A DNA stretch of 64,000 nt from Octopus vulgaris (GCA_951406725.2 OX597816.1:17918001-17982000); one strand, 5' to 3'; counted from the first letter of the stretch, positions 37,657 through 50,913 are shown. The notes: generated by a model not told the origin, from the sequence alone. Translations and numbers: made by a program.

Positions 37657-37782
37657 TGCTGTGCAAGATTTTTTATGTGAAGTCGTGTGTTGAAACAGAT
37701 ATTGTTATATTTCTGAATGGTCATTTTGCCAGTTTAGTGCGTGTGTTTTTATTGGCTAAACTGGCAAAATGACCATTCCGAA

Positions 37783-37788
<6 letters not shown>
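37657..37788 (-). mobile_element. TA-flanked mini fold-back element (family of 6736-7050)
   Basis: 33-bp inverted arms 37705-37737/37756-37788. The terminus aagattttttatgtgaagtcgtgtgttgaa matches 6751-6780. Confidence 0.7.
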
Positions 37789-37869
<81 letters not shown>

Positions 37870-38033
37870 GGGGAGCAGGAAAAGCAAAGAGGTGGAAATG
37901 GACAGGTAAAGGTTTCTTTTCAATTACATTGCTTTGGAGATAACAGAAGAAGAACAAAAATATATTTGGATGAGTAGGACAATCAAGAAAGGGGAAGAAA
38001 AGTAAAGTGTAGTGAAAGGAGAGATAGATAAAT

Positions 38034-38100
<67 letters not shown>

Positions 38101-38435
38101 AAGGGATGGAGATTTCTTTTCAATTCATATGGTCAACCCACTGAAAATTCATTACAAAGTAATTTTCTGTTTTCTCTTATTTCCCTATCCCTTTCGCATT
38201 TTATATCTATTGACATATTTGTAAATAAACACATCTACTCACAAGGGCGAGATGATGTTTCAAGATGTAAATTTTAGGAAGTAGGATGGGAAAGATAAGA
38301 AAAGAGAGGAAGAAGAAAAAGGTTGTTTTGATTCTTAAGTGGGTGCGGCCATCACTGTAAAGTTTGAAAATAGAAGAGTTCAAATTCCTATGAAAAGGTC
38401 TATTCCTTTACACCTGCATATTCAAATCAGTGTCC

Positions 38436-38890
38436 GTGTGATAAGTAGCTTGCTTACGAACCACTTGGTTCCGGGTTCAGTCCCGCGGCGTGGCACCTTG
38501 GGCAAGTGTCTTCTACTATGGCCTCGATCAGACCAAAGCCTTGTGAGTAGATTTGGTAGACGGAAACTGAAAGAAGCCCGTCGTATATATGTATATGTAT
38601 ATATAAATATATTTATATATATATATATATATATATATACGTGTATATGTATATGTGTGTACGTTTGTGTGTCTGTGTTTGTCACCACAACAGCGCTTGA
38701 CAACCGATATCTCGTGTGTTTACGTCCCCGTAACTAAGCGGTTCGGCAAACGAGACCAATAGAATAAGTACTAGGATTACAAAGAATAAGTCCTGATGCC
38801 GATTTGCCAGACTAAAGGCGATGCTCCAGCATGACTACAGTCAAATGAGTGAAACAAGTAAAAGAGTAAAAGAGAGAGAGAGTAAGAGTA
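38436..38890 (+). mobile_element. SINE group A
   Basis: Group A body and tail. Confidence 0.88.
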
Positions 38891-39200
38891 TTCCATATTC
38901 TGTGTAAATCCATGCTTTTCACAAACAAACATTAAATATTAGTATAACATTCATAAATAAGGAAAATAAAGTTAGAATATAAAATATAATTTGTGTTATA
39001 TCTTTGAGTATCTTTCATGATTTTGTAGGATTTATTTTTCTTTTTCTTGCTTACTTGGATAAGATCATTCGAAAGAGATACTCTCACGAATTACTTTTCC
39101 AAGTAGGTACGTTAGATATCTATCCTAACCAGTGGCAAAATGGTTCTAGTATGCATTCACGGGAATATGTAAGTTCTATACACATCTATATATCATGTGT

Positions 39201-39496
39201 GTGGAGGCACATGGCCTACTGGTTAGAGCAGCGGACTGGCGGTCGAGGGATCGCGGGTTCGAATCTCAGACCGGGCGATGTGTGTGTTTATTAGCGAAAC
39301 ACCTAAGCTCCGGCAGAAGGTAATGGCAAACTTCTTCTAATTCTTTTGCCACAACTTTCTCTCACTCTTTCCTCCTGCATCTTGCAGCTCACCTGCGACG
39401 GACCGGCGTCCCGTCCAGGTGGGGAACCTATACGCCAATGAAACCCGGAAACCGGCCTTTTTGAGCCAGGCATGGCTCGAGAAGGAACAAATAAAC
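39201..39496 (+). mobile_element. SINE group C (third tail type)
   Basis: tRNA head, tail catggctcgagaaggaacaa, and near-TSD atatatcatgtg/atatatcacgtg. Confidence 0.88.
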
Positions 39497-39599
39497 ATAT
39501 ATCACGTGATCATTTGACGATTAGACTATCAGCTGCTCTTACATATCGCTGGCCACAATGCACTTTGCAGTCATTTAGCCTTCGTATAAGGCCATCATG

Positions 39600-39762
39600 A
39601 TGGCTAGACAGGCAAGCCAGCATTCCCCCTAATCGAAAGACGGATTGGAGCAATGCAAAATGAAGTGTTTTGTTCAAGAACACAACGCACTCACCGGCCT
39701 GGGAATCGAAACTACGACCACTAGATCATGAGTGCAGCGGCCTAACCACTAGGCCGTGCACA
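39600..39762 (-). mobile_element. Diverged SINE group D fragment
   Basis: gaagtgttttgttcaagaacacaacgc...ctaaccactaggcc. Confidence 0.65.
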
Positions 39763-40325
39763 TATATACGCACGCAAAAATATGAAAAATACGCACACGC
39801 ATATATCGTTGGAAGAATGAAGTGTTAAATAGATAGTGAAAGCAAATGTCGAAATGTATTTTGAAAAATAAATGGAGACCTTCTAAGTACACACACACAC
39901 ACATACACACACACACACTCAGACGGACACACTGACACGCATACATATATATATATGAAAAAAAAAGGAGAAAAATCTAGTCCAAGGAAGAAGAATCGAT
40001 TGTGTCAGCTTCAGTTAATAATAAAATACATTATTGTAGGAATTTTTAGTAAGTTGTTACATTTGTTATGAGTAATTACATATACAGCTGTTTGCCCCTA
40101 AGAAAAAACGCAAAAATCAAAAAAGAAAAAAAACGACAAAAAAACCCATGATAAGATAAACACTCACGCACAGACAGATAGTCATATACAGATACAAGTC
40201 CCCCGAACATCTATATGAAACATATTTCATCAAACGTTAGAGTAAAACTACGCTTCAATAAAATAATCAATACATTTTACACGCACGGTGCCATTTAAAA
40301 AAAAAATATGATTCATGACCTACGG

Positions 40326-40422
40326 CTAGCTGACTGCTTTTGCTTTGTAATCACAGAATCATAAGAAGTCAGATTTTTGACCTCTGATGGTGCTGTGATT
40401 ACACAGCCAAGCACTTAGCTAG
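40326..40422. other. 97-nt imperfect hairpin
   Basis: ctagct...tgtaatcacag...gtca / tgac...ctgtgattaca...agctag pairs along its length with scattered mismatches. Confidence 0.7.
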
Positions 40423-40439
40423 ATGTTATTCGAAAATGG

Positions 40440-40889
40440 ATGTATATATATAATGATAAATGCACACATATTTATATACATGCAAACATATATATATAGA
40501 CATATACAAGCATATATACATATACATACACACACACATATATATTTATATAAATATATATGTATATATATATGTATATATATATATATGTGCATGTATG
40601 CGTAGGCATTATACACAAACACACACATAGACACACACATATATCAATTATACACAAACACACACATAGACACACACATATATCAATAAATAAATGTATT
40701 TATACATATATATATATATGTGTATGCATATTATATATATACATATGCATATTATATATATACATATATATCTCAATACATACATGCATTTATACATATG
40801 TATATTTTATATATATATATACATATATACATACATATGTATGTTCATATGTACATACATACGATAGATATATTTATATATGTACATGC

Positions 40890-40920
<31 letters not shown>

Positions 40921-41194
40921 TATATATATATGCATGTATATTATGTATGTATGCATGTATGTATGTATATATGCCCAAGTATATATGTACAAGTGTAAAT
41001 GAATATCTAAAGCGAATTGCACTTACATTTCAAATTACGAATCACATCGGAAAGATCAGAGAATTATTTCGTGTGTGTTGGAAAATTAAATAGTCCAGTA
41101 ATGAATCAATAGCTCTAATTACACACGCAAACACACACATCTGTATACATGCATACACACATACATACATACATACATTACATACACACATACA

Positions 41195-41226
<32 letters not shown>

Positions 41227-41368
41227 CATGCATCATTACAAACTACAAACATAAATGCGTACATATACATACATCATTACATATATCATGCGTTGCTGTG
41301 TAATGACAGCACCACCAGAGGTCAAAATCATACATGCATACATGTATATACATACGCACATACACACA

Positions 41369-41400
<32 letters not shown>

Positions 41401-41686
41401 CATGCATCATTACATAATACGAACATACATCCGTACATATATATATATACATAGACATATGTATATGCATAAATACGAACATGCATACATACATACGTTC
41501 AAACATACATGCATACATACATACATACATGTACATGTATCATTACATACTACAAACATACATCCGCACATATATATACATACATACATAAACGTATGTA
41601 TACGCATAAATACGAACATGCATACATACATACGTACAAACATATATACGTACAATCATACATGCATACATATAAACATACATACA

Positions 41687-41717
<31 letters not shown>

Positions 41718-41745
41718 CATACATACATACATACATACATACATA
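40440..41745. repeat. Compound TA/TACA microsatellite field with higher-order repeats
   Basis: Recurrent catgcatcattaca and aaatacgaacatgcatac units. Confidence 0.85.
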
Positions 41746-41932
41746 AGCAAATGCCTACGTATATGCATGTGTATTTATGACCAGAGATGGATAGAGAGTG
41801 ACGTTTTCTAGTTCTTTCATATCACCATGGTGTCTACAGTATTATAGCAATGTCTGAATGTCACACACATTACCCTGTGCATATATGCTCAATGTGCAAG
41901 CTGAACTGTATTTTGAAATCTTAATCGATGTT

Positions 41933-42358
41933 AGGGCGTAGGAGTGGATGTGTGGTAAGTAGCTTGCTGACGATCCACATAGTTCCGGATTCAGTCTCAC
42001 TGTGTGGCACCTTGGGCAAATGACTTCTACTATAGCTTCGGGCCGACCAAAGCCTTGTGACTGGACTTGGTAGATGGAAATTGAAAGAAGCCCGTCGTAT
42101 ATATGTATAGATATGTGTATATGTATGTGTTTGTATAAGTTTGTGTGTCTGTGTTTGTCCCTTCCAACGTCGTTTGACAACCGATGCTGGTGTGTTTACG
42201 TCCCCGTAACTTAGCGGTGCGGCAAAAAAAAACGATAGAATAAGTACTAGGTTTCCAAAGAATAAGTCCTGGGGTCAATTTGCTCGACTAAAGGCGGTGC
42301 ACCAGCATGGCCACAGTCAAATAACTGAAACAAGTAAACGAGTAAACGAGTAACGAGT
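41933..42358 (+). mobile_element. SINE group A
   Basis: Full head, body and tail. Confidence 0.9.
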
Positions 42359-42854
42359 TACCGTCGGGATATTTTGGTTATCTCCTCAGTAGAACATTTA
42401 TTTTTTGTCGTAGACTCGTCATAATGTCAATTACTAAATAGAACTTATTCTCTCCTGTTCCGTTCGTAAGATTTATTCATGACATTATTGTTTAATTATC
42501 ACAAAACTCATTTAAAATTTCTTTCATTTTGACAGTGTTTTTTCCGTTATTTCTTTCTACGTAGATTCACATACTGTGACAGTGTTTCGGAATTTTTGAT
42601 GCTCTCATAAACGTTCAACTGTCACTGATTGTCGTCTATACATAAATAATCTGAATCTTTGTTTAGTTATATCTCGGGAGGGCTATTATGCCAATAATAA
42701 ACACATGTACTGGTTATGTTTTACTTCTTAATCTTATCTGTTTATTTGTTATTTGGTTAAGCATTTAACCAGTTAACTAATCGATTGATAAAGTAATTGT
42801 TGATTGATTGTTCGTAAGATTAATCAAGAAATCGAATTGGTATTTGGTTAAATA

Positions 42855-43235
42855 GTGGTACCTTGGGCAAGTGTCTTCTTCTATAGATTCGGACCGACCA
42901 AAGCCTTGTAAGTGGATTTCGTAGACGGAAACTGAAAGAAGCCCGTCGTATATATGTATATATATATATATATAATATATAATATAGATATATGTATGTA
43001 TGTGTGTGTATATGATTGTGTGTCTGTGTTTGTCTCCCCCCCCCCACAACATCGCTTGACAACCGATGATGGTGTGTTTACGACCCCGTCAGCTAGCGGT
43101 TCGGCAAAAGAGACCGATAGCATAAGTAGTAGATTTACAAAGAATAAGTCCTGGGGTCGTTTTGCTCGACTAAAGGCGGTGCTTCAGCACGGCCACAGTC
43201 AAATGACTGAAACAATTAAAAGAGTAAAAGAGTAA
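42855..43235 (+). mobile_element. SINE group A, 5'-truncated
   Basis: Starts at gtggtaccttgggcaagtg. Confidence 0.88.
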
Positions 43236-43450
43236 ATAGACAAAAATAAAAACGAGTCGATCACGTTAGGAGGAGGCGGTAATTATAGATTATGTTGCAC
43301 TGTGGAGCATAATTAAACTGACTGCCGGGACGATTCATAAATAGATTTGGAGGGATTATTATTAGATCCCCACATTTTATCTGGAGAACTTTTTCTATAT
43401 TAACTGTTAACGATTTTGTTTACCAATCAAATAATACGATATATATATAT

Positions 43451-43993
43451 ATACATAAAAGTAAATAAATGGTACAACGAAGCACCGATATTTACTGTAA
43501 AATAGAATAGCGAACGTAATAAATACGACGCTAATGTATAGCTTCACTGCGTATGTACTAGTAAAGATGCGTGTGTGCAACAAACATGAAAAAAATTGTC
43601 TTACCTCTAGGAAGAACATCTGAAAAATGAAAAACCTAGAAACGGACAATGCAGTACCGGTTTCGGATTCTTCAAAATACGTTTGCCAAACGTATATTTG
43701 ATTTATCTTCATCAGCTGCATAAACCTCGACAATATTTCAAATGTTGCCACATCTATGCCAGTACACTCGTCTGAACGCCAAAACGTTAACAGAACGAGA
43801 ACAGTGAAGAAGTTTCAATGAAAATAGTAATGCAATACGAGAGTATTGCTTTCCAGTAAAGGATAACCCGTGAGGGTAAAATTATACATAAAAGTAAATA
43901 AATGGTACAACGAAGCACCGATATTTACTGGAAAATAGCGAACGTAATAAATACGACGCTAATGTATAGCTTCACTGCGTATGTACTAGTAAA
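43451..43993 (-). mobile_element. Retrozyme/Penelope-pLTR-like element: 433-bp unit with terminal redundancy of about 110 bp and a central hammerhead
   Basis: Direct repeats 43451-43565 and 43884-43993, hammerhead at 43649-43721, and a 3' end at (TA)n. Confidence 0.75.
43649..43721 (-). ncRNA. Minimal type I hammerhead ribozyme (predicted)
   Basis: AUGCAG-CUGAUGA-AGAU...UCAAA..AUACGUUU-GGC-AAACGUAU-UUUGA...AUCC-GAAA-CCGG-UA/CUGCAU. Perfect 6-bp stem I, palindromic ACCGGU stem III and GUA site. The first stem II pair is A-C. Confidence 0.8.
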
Positions 43994-44673
43994 TAATCTC
44001 AATAAACTAGCATTTTTACAGCGGTGAAATTTGGTTTGATTTCGGCGATTATCTAACGTCTCTTTCTTTAACTATTCATTCTCTTCATAGACTTTATATT
44101 CACCAATGAATAATAGCATCGAACATACGTGTTTCCCCAGTTACAAACTTAGTACATGACTGCATGTCTATAAGGATATGCAGCCTGTATCTGCGAAAGT
44201 AATACTTAGCCTTGTACGTTAGATTCTATCAATTAACTGTTGTTACGTACGAAATATAATATATGCATTTACACTTGAAATATTATAGAGAATGTTATAG
44301 TCTTTTCTTTTCCTTTATTCTCTTTCCGTTATCTGACGTTGCTAACTACATTTATTCAGTTATAGTTATTGTTTTATGCTTTCTACTTATTGTATATGCA
44401 CATGCAACTGGATTTATTATGTGCACTTATGTTAACCATAAACATAACATCTGAACTACCATGTACAGATAACAGTTTCTACATACAAACAAATGAACTG
44501 CTCCACATAAGACTACGTAAAGTAATGCATGTGTATGCTAGTAGTTATATACTTTGGCGACAATGGCAATATTCAGTTCTATGTATGTGTCAAAATATCT
44601 TTATGACTTGGATTCACGCGTAGCGGTATGTAAGACTGTTAATACATGTGTAAATATACACATGGCTATATGT

Positions 44674-44714
<41 letters not shown>

Positions 44715-44717
<3 letters not shown>

Positions 44718-44876
44718 GCCCACATCGGGATCTTTCTTCCTTCTCTTATGTTTCCGACGAAGAGCTCCGCTCGAAACGTCATACCCTCCTTCTTCCATTT
44801 TCCTGAGCGCCTAATAATAATAATACTGTAATTGTTCCACGTGTTGTTGTTTTTTCTGTTTTCCCGTTTGGATTAA

Positions 44877-44880
<4 letters not shown>
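44715..44880 (+). mobile_element. (TA)n-flanked short element with hammerhead-like core
   Basis: GUUU-CCGACGA-A-GAGC-UCC-GCUC-GAAA-CG-UC/AUAC at 44750-44784. Confidence 0.65.
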
Positions 44881-44930
<50 letters not shown>

Positions 44931-45009
44931 TATATTCTTTTATTCTTTCATTCTTTTACTTGTTTCAGTCACACCAACATCGGTATATGCATATATATAT
45001 ATTACATCA

Positions 45010-45392
45010 CCACTTCTGTTTGTGCCTTTATCCCAGCTCTTGTCCTATTTGGTGTATAATGGAGTTTGATTCCACTGCCCTCGTCTGCACCTCATGTCCA
45101 GCTGTTGGTTCATCCGGTATTGTGGAGAGGATGCTGTCCAGTTTATTTTTGATGTCATCTACTTCAGCCTTATGCAGATTTCCTAATTTTTGTGACAGGG
45201 CATCGAAGTGCTGTGGGCCTTCGACCCCTAGACTATTGCAGTACCTGGTCCTGAATTCAGATGGAGTGAATGGTACCCTTGTTACAATATATTTGTATAA
45301 TACTCAAAGTCGAAATTAGGTATTAGCCCTCCTAGAATTTTCCATATGTAAATTATTGCATATCTCTCACGCCTTCGCTCCAGGGAATAATA
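45010..45392 (-). pseudogene. CR1/Jockey-group LINE ORF2 C-terminal fragment
   Basis: YSLERRRERYAIIYIWKILGGLIPN, then in another frame NSLGVEGPQHFDAL...KNKLDSILSTIPDEP...SNSIIHQ. Confidence 0.75.
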
Positions 45393-45424
45393 TATGTATA
45401 CATACATAATACATACACACATAC

Positions 45425-45455
<31 letters not shown>

Positions 45456-46019
45456 CATACATACATACATACATACATACACACAGACATATACGCTCGC
45501 TTGTGTGAATGCATGTATAAATTCATATATCTGTTCGTGTGTGTTTATGTTAAGCGTGTGTGTGTCTGTGTACATATACAATTCACGTGTCTACTTAAGA
45601 GTTTGGTGGAATTACATGTCTTTCAATCTTTTATTTCTGTATACTTTAAATTTCCCTTTGGTTTATTTTTCATTACAAATTCTATCTCATTTCTATTATA
45701 ATGTCGAAAAGAATTCTGTTTTCTTTTAATAATCACCGTATCTTCAGATAATTTTACAACTAAATTTCTCACGCATTTTAATCAGTAGACTGTCACATTT
45801 TCCGAAGCAATCCGAAATTTTCATTTACTGAAGCTAATAGTGTTATAGGACTAATAAATAGTTCTTCCTTTAACATTTCAACAGGTACGCTTTAAGACAA
45901 CAGAAAGATTACAGTTTGAATGTATTTATGCCTCTCATCTGTAACTATTAACCCAGCAGATATGCTTCCATTCCATTATAAGCCTAGCATACTAATTTAT
46001 ACATAAAAATCAGATTATA

Positions 46020-46192
46020 TTCTTTTCTACACAAGGCCTGAAACTTTTGGAGAAGAGGCCAGTCGATTAGGTCGACCCCAGTACGCAACTGGTACTTAAT
46101 TTATCGACTCCGAAAGTATGAAAGACAAACACGATCTCGGCGGAATTTCAAGAACGTAAAGTCAAACGAAATACCTATTTCTTTACTACCCA
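46020..46192 (-). mobile_element. SINE group B fragment
   Basis: Group B core and tail. Confidence 0.78.
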
Positions 46193-47386
46193 CATCAATT
46201 ATTATTTATTAATTCAATACAAATATATTGCATCCCGTCTAACAGCTGTTTCTGCTTCCAATGTTGTAAGCTATAAATATTTATAATATTTGGGAATAAA
46301 ACCGATCTGAAACACGGAGTTTTATCAGACTGGAGAATAAATAAAAAGAAGGGCCTGGAGAAGAAAAAGAAAAAGTTGAATATGGTTATAATTATGCCAT
46401 TTTGCTTGTATATTTCTTTGGGACGTTAAGTATTTGACTAAACTTAAAATAGTATTTGGTGGGTTAATCTTTTGTACGGGGTGGGGATAGGATGGATAAA
46501 TAATACAAAATTTAAAATTGTAGTGGGATACGCCAATAGGTTTTAGTCGGAGATGGGGTGAAGATACACTAATGTTTTATAGTAATCAATATTTTTTAAT
46601 AATTAAGTTTATAGTACTAATAATAGTATTTATCATAATAAAGTGCTAATCGATTAAATGTAATGTTTTATTTATTGGTAGGTGGTTAATCCCTTCCGCC
46701 TGTTGTCCGAAGTGAGACAGGCTAAGGTGAAACGTTCGATAGAATTGGTCAGTTGAAATTTAGAAACAAAAGACCAGCTATTGAGACCGTTATACGGGGT
46801 AAGATAAATAAATAAATGAATGGGTAAATGGTATATCTTGTGAGGGGCCCGAAAACGCTTTAGGATAGTATATACTAGATTAAAAAATAAATATGGAATA
46901 AATATTAAGAGAGAGGCCTAGTTGGACATTTAAGGAAATGAGACCGCTGGAGGTAAAAATGGTGCAAAAGTTTTTTTCTTTAAATAGGAATACTAGTAAA
47001 AACAATGAAAATAATTTATTCTGTAGAAAAATTAGGAAAATATATGGTTAAGGGGCGGTAATAACTAGGGTAAGTGGACTAAATTGGAGACTACTGGTCT
47101 ACCATCCAGTGCACCTAATCAGTGAGCTGACTAGCCAATGAAACAGCTAATTTCACAGCTAATTGGCTAAACAATCTATAAATCAGTCAGCTTAGTGGTC
47201 AATGAAATGAGTAAAAGTAAATATTCCTAATTGAAATTAATGATTATAATTTAAAATTAAGAATTAAAAATTAAAATACCTGCTAATTGATTTTGCAGAT
47301 GCAAGTTCTTACTAGAATTTGCTCATGCATTCACACATATAAAAAATTCAAGATACATATATATGCGTATGCACACACTAATATAA

Positions 47387-47420
<34 letters not shown>

Positions 47421-47540
47421 CCATGTGTAATGACGTACACGTATGTACACTCACATTCAACATCCGTACACTCAAGTACACACACGCCTATATACCCAGT
47501 CAATTTTAATATATATTATATTGTTATATTAACCCGTACA

Positions 47541-47844
47541 TTGTTGTTGTTGCTCTTTGTTCCTTCTCGAGCCACGCCTGGTTCATAAGGGCCGGTTTCC
47601 CGGTTTCCTTGGCATATAGGTTCCCCACCTGGACAGGACGCCGGGCCGTCGCAGGTGAGCTGCAAGATGCAGTGAGAAAGAGCAAGAGAAAGTTGTGGCG
47701 AAAGAGTCAGCAGAGGTTCGCCAGTACCTTCTGTCGGAGTCGCGTGGAGCTTGGGTGTTTCGCTCATAAACTGGTCTGAGATTCGAACCCGCGATCCCTC
47801 TACCGCGAGTCCGCCGCTCTAATCACTAAACCATGTGCCTTCAC
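47541..47844 (-). mobile_element. SINE group C (third tail type)
   Basis: Near-TSD aacccgtaca/aacccgaaca. Similar to 39201-39496 and 2006-2266. Confidence 0.88.
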
Positions 47845-47884
47845 AACCCGAACAAAAATACATACATAGGCAAGTTTCAACAAT

Positions 47885-47932
<48 letters not shown>

Positions 47933-47936
<4 letters not shown>

Positions 47937-48355
47937 AATAAATGAAAGAATGGAGTTGAACGACGATTTAACAAAATTCCTTTATTCTCGACATATGTTT
48001 CGAAGGCTGCATATTCCTAATTTCTAAGGAATAAGGGGTGCATTATGCTGCCTTCTCATCAGGAGAGACAAGGAACTTGTGTCAGCATCAAGATGAACAA
48101 AAACTCTAAGATGACTGTCCCCTCGGAGTCCATAGCGATAATGAAACATATGTCGAGAATAAAGGAATTTTGTTAAATCGTCTTTCAACTCCATTCTTTC
48201 ATTTATTTGTATTAAAAAACACACAAATTTCCACACGAAAGCACGTGATCTCTGCCCTTGGCATGTAGCTTCAATCGTGTTTTTCTGACGTGAATTTGCT
48301 ACCCAGGTATCGGTTAACCGAATTATCCATACTAGGATAATTCATTCAACTACTT
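47933..48355. mobile_element. (TA)n-flanked inverted element with an intact hammerhead in one arm
   Basis: Inverted arms 47933-48001/48143-48211. The plus arm continues to (TA)n at about 48355. Confidence 0.8.
47986..48066 (-). ncRNA. Minimal type I hammerhead ribozyme (predicted, all core bases canonical)
   Basis: UCUC-CUGAUGA-GAAGGC(A)GCAUA...UAUGC(A)GCCUUC-GAAA-CAUAUG-UC/GAGA, with AAUAAA immediately downstream. Predicted cut between 47990 and 47989. Confidence 0.85.
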
Positions 48356-48360
48356 ATATA

Positions 48361-48416
<56 letters not shown>

Positions 48417-48474
48417 CATATGTGTATGTGTGCGTATTCATGTAACGTTGTTTCCCGAGGATAAGTGATCTGAA

Positions 48475-49717
48475 CGATAATTACAATTCTGTACCAGGGA
48501 CAGAATGTATGTCAAGCAATCATTCAAATAGAAAATCGAGACTCCACAAACTAGCTACCGTCCTTAATATGGCTGCGTTAATCATTTGGCATGGTTTCGG
48601 CAAATCACAGGATTCTTGACAAATGATTTAACTACTTCTTCCTGTAGCATCTACTACATATAAGCTGTATTCATTCTAGAATACTTGAGATCTTCACCTC
48701 AAGGTATTAATGTAAACAACCATGAAAAAGATACACAACGAACTAATTTAGTCGTGACTTTCATGTTTACAGATTTGAGTTACGTCATTATATCATTTTC
48801 TTATTACTAAACAGCAGAATAAGTCTGATTGACAAACTGTTTTGACAACGGAAATAGCACAACACACATAAAAAAAACCACTTTTCACTACTGCAAGAAA
48901 AGATGTGACCTTTACAATAGCTATATTCTACGCTCAGCTCATGCACATACAAAACGTATAGCACGCCGGCACACACAAATACACCACACATATATATATA
49001 CACACGTATATACACAACCAAACACGTAGACATTAGAAATCAAATCACTCATTTATAAATACAATTTAACTAATTTGTCGTATTCATGTAACTCAAATGA
49101 TTATTAGCGATAATTACAATTCTGTACCAGGGACAGAATGTATGTCGCCAATCATTCAAATAGAAAATCGAGACTCCACCAACGTAGCTACCGTCCTAAT
49201 ATGGCTGCGTTAATCATTTGGCATGGTTTCTGCAAATCACAGGATTCTTGACAAATGATTTAACTACTTCTTCCTGTAGCATCTACTACATATAAGCTGT
49301 ATTCATTCTAGAATACTTGAGATGGTTCCGAGTTATTAATGCCTGATAAAGAAACATAATTTAGTCGTGACTTTCATGTTTACAGAGGTGAGTTACGTCA
49401 TTATATCGTTTTGTTATTACTAAACAGCAGAATAAGTCTGATTGACAAACTGTTTTGACAACGGAAATAGCACAACACACATAAGAAAGAACCACTTTTC
49501 ACTACTGCAAGAAAAGATGTGACCTTTACAATAGCTATATTCTACGCTCAGCTCATGCACATACAAAACGTATAGCACGCCGGCACACACAAATACACCA
49601 CACATATATATATACACACGTATATACACAGCCAAACACGTAGACATTAGAAATCAAATCACTCATTTATAAATACAATTTAACTAATTTGTCGTTATAC
49701 TCAAATGATTATTAGCG
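48475..49717. repeat. Tandem duplication of a unit of about 620 bp
   Basis: 48475-49108 and 49109-49717 align closely, with small indels and one replaced patch (about 48690-48745 vs 49323-49358). Confidence 0.9.
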
Positions 49718-50469
49718 TACAGTTAATGACTCATAGGAAGTTGTTTTACTATTGAATGAAACTATTATGTTAGCTAGAAGTTTACACAGTTATCATGGTG
49801 GAACATTTGCTTTGGATTTTTAGGCGGAGAATTCAGTCAATATTATTCAGTAATATGAGGGGAAAAGCAAATATTCATTGTTAATTGATAGCGAGAGTAA
49901 TGTGACGTACGGCGTAGATGGTGAGGTTAATATTGAATACTACGCTGATTAATATATGGACTAGGATGATTTTATAACTGATATTCCCATCAGAAATTAA
50001 TCAAATAACTAATATCGCAACTGGTTTCAAACTATTATCTAGTTAGTCGTCAGCGATGATATCATAAATTTTAATTGACATCGTTGTCAGGACAGGATGC
50101 ATATAAAAAACAAATACATACAAACGCAAAATCAAAAAAAAGAGCCAAATAATCTATCAATTATTCTCTCATGAAATTTTCTAAATTAAATGAGAAGTAA
50201 ACCATGGAATTATATTTATTAACAAACAATATAAATGTAATGCAAAAGGAAAAAATATATATATATCCGAAACTGATGAAGTATAGCGTTACGGTTTTAG
50301 CCCCAATTGGATTCTGTATTTCATAAAAATATAGGAGATGACTATCTTTCTCCCGCCTTCCACCTTTCAATGTATCTCTCTTCCTCTATCACTCTAACTC
50401 TCTATCTATCTATCGTCCCATTTATTTGTCTATCTAACTGTAACTGCATCACTCCGGCCCTTCTTTCTC

Positions 50470-50545
50470 TATCTATCTATCTATCTATCTAGTTATCCAT
50501 CTATCTCTCTGCCTGTCTTTAACTGCATTCCTCTTTCCCTCTCCC

Positions 50546-50640
<95 letters not shown>
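50470..50640. repeat. (TATC)n microsatellite
   Basis: Direct reading. Confidence 0.9.
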
Positions 50641-50913
50641 GTCGGGCTGTCTGTCTCATTGCATCTCTCTCTATATATCCATGTATCTGTCTCTGCCTCT
50701 ATCTTTCTTTCTATCTATTTATTTTTCTCTTTCTGGATTTAATGGATGTAAATAAGGTGTATCTAAGACAATGTATACTGATGCTAATTTAGAGACCCAT
50801 AAAGTGGCATATTTTGATGCATGTATACCATAATTTGTGGCACATTTGAAACCTACATCGAATAAAATATTAGTTAGCCCATTATATATTTTTCATAGCT
50901 AGATTTCTAAATA

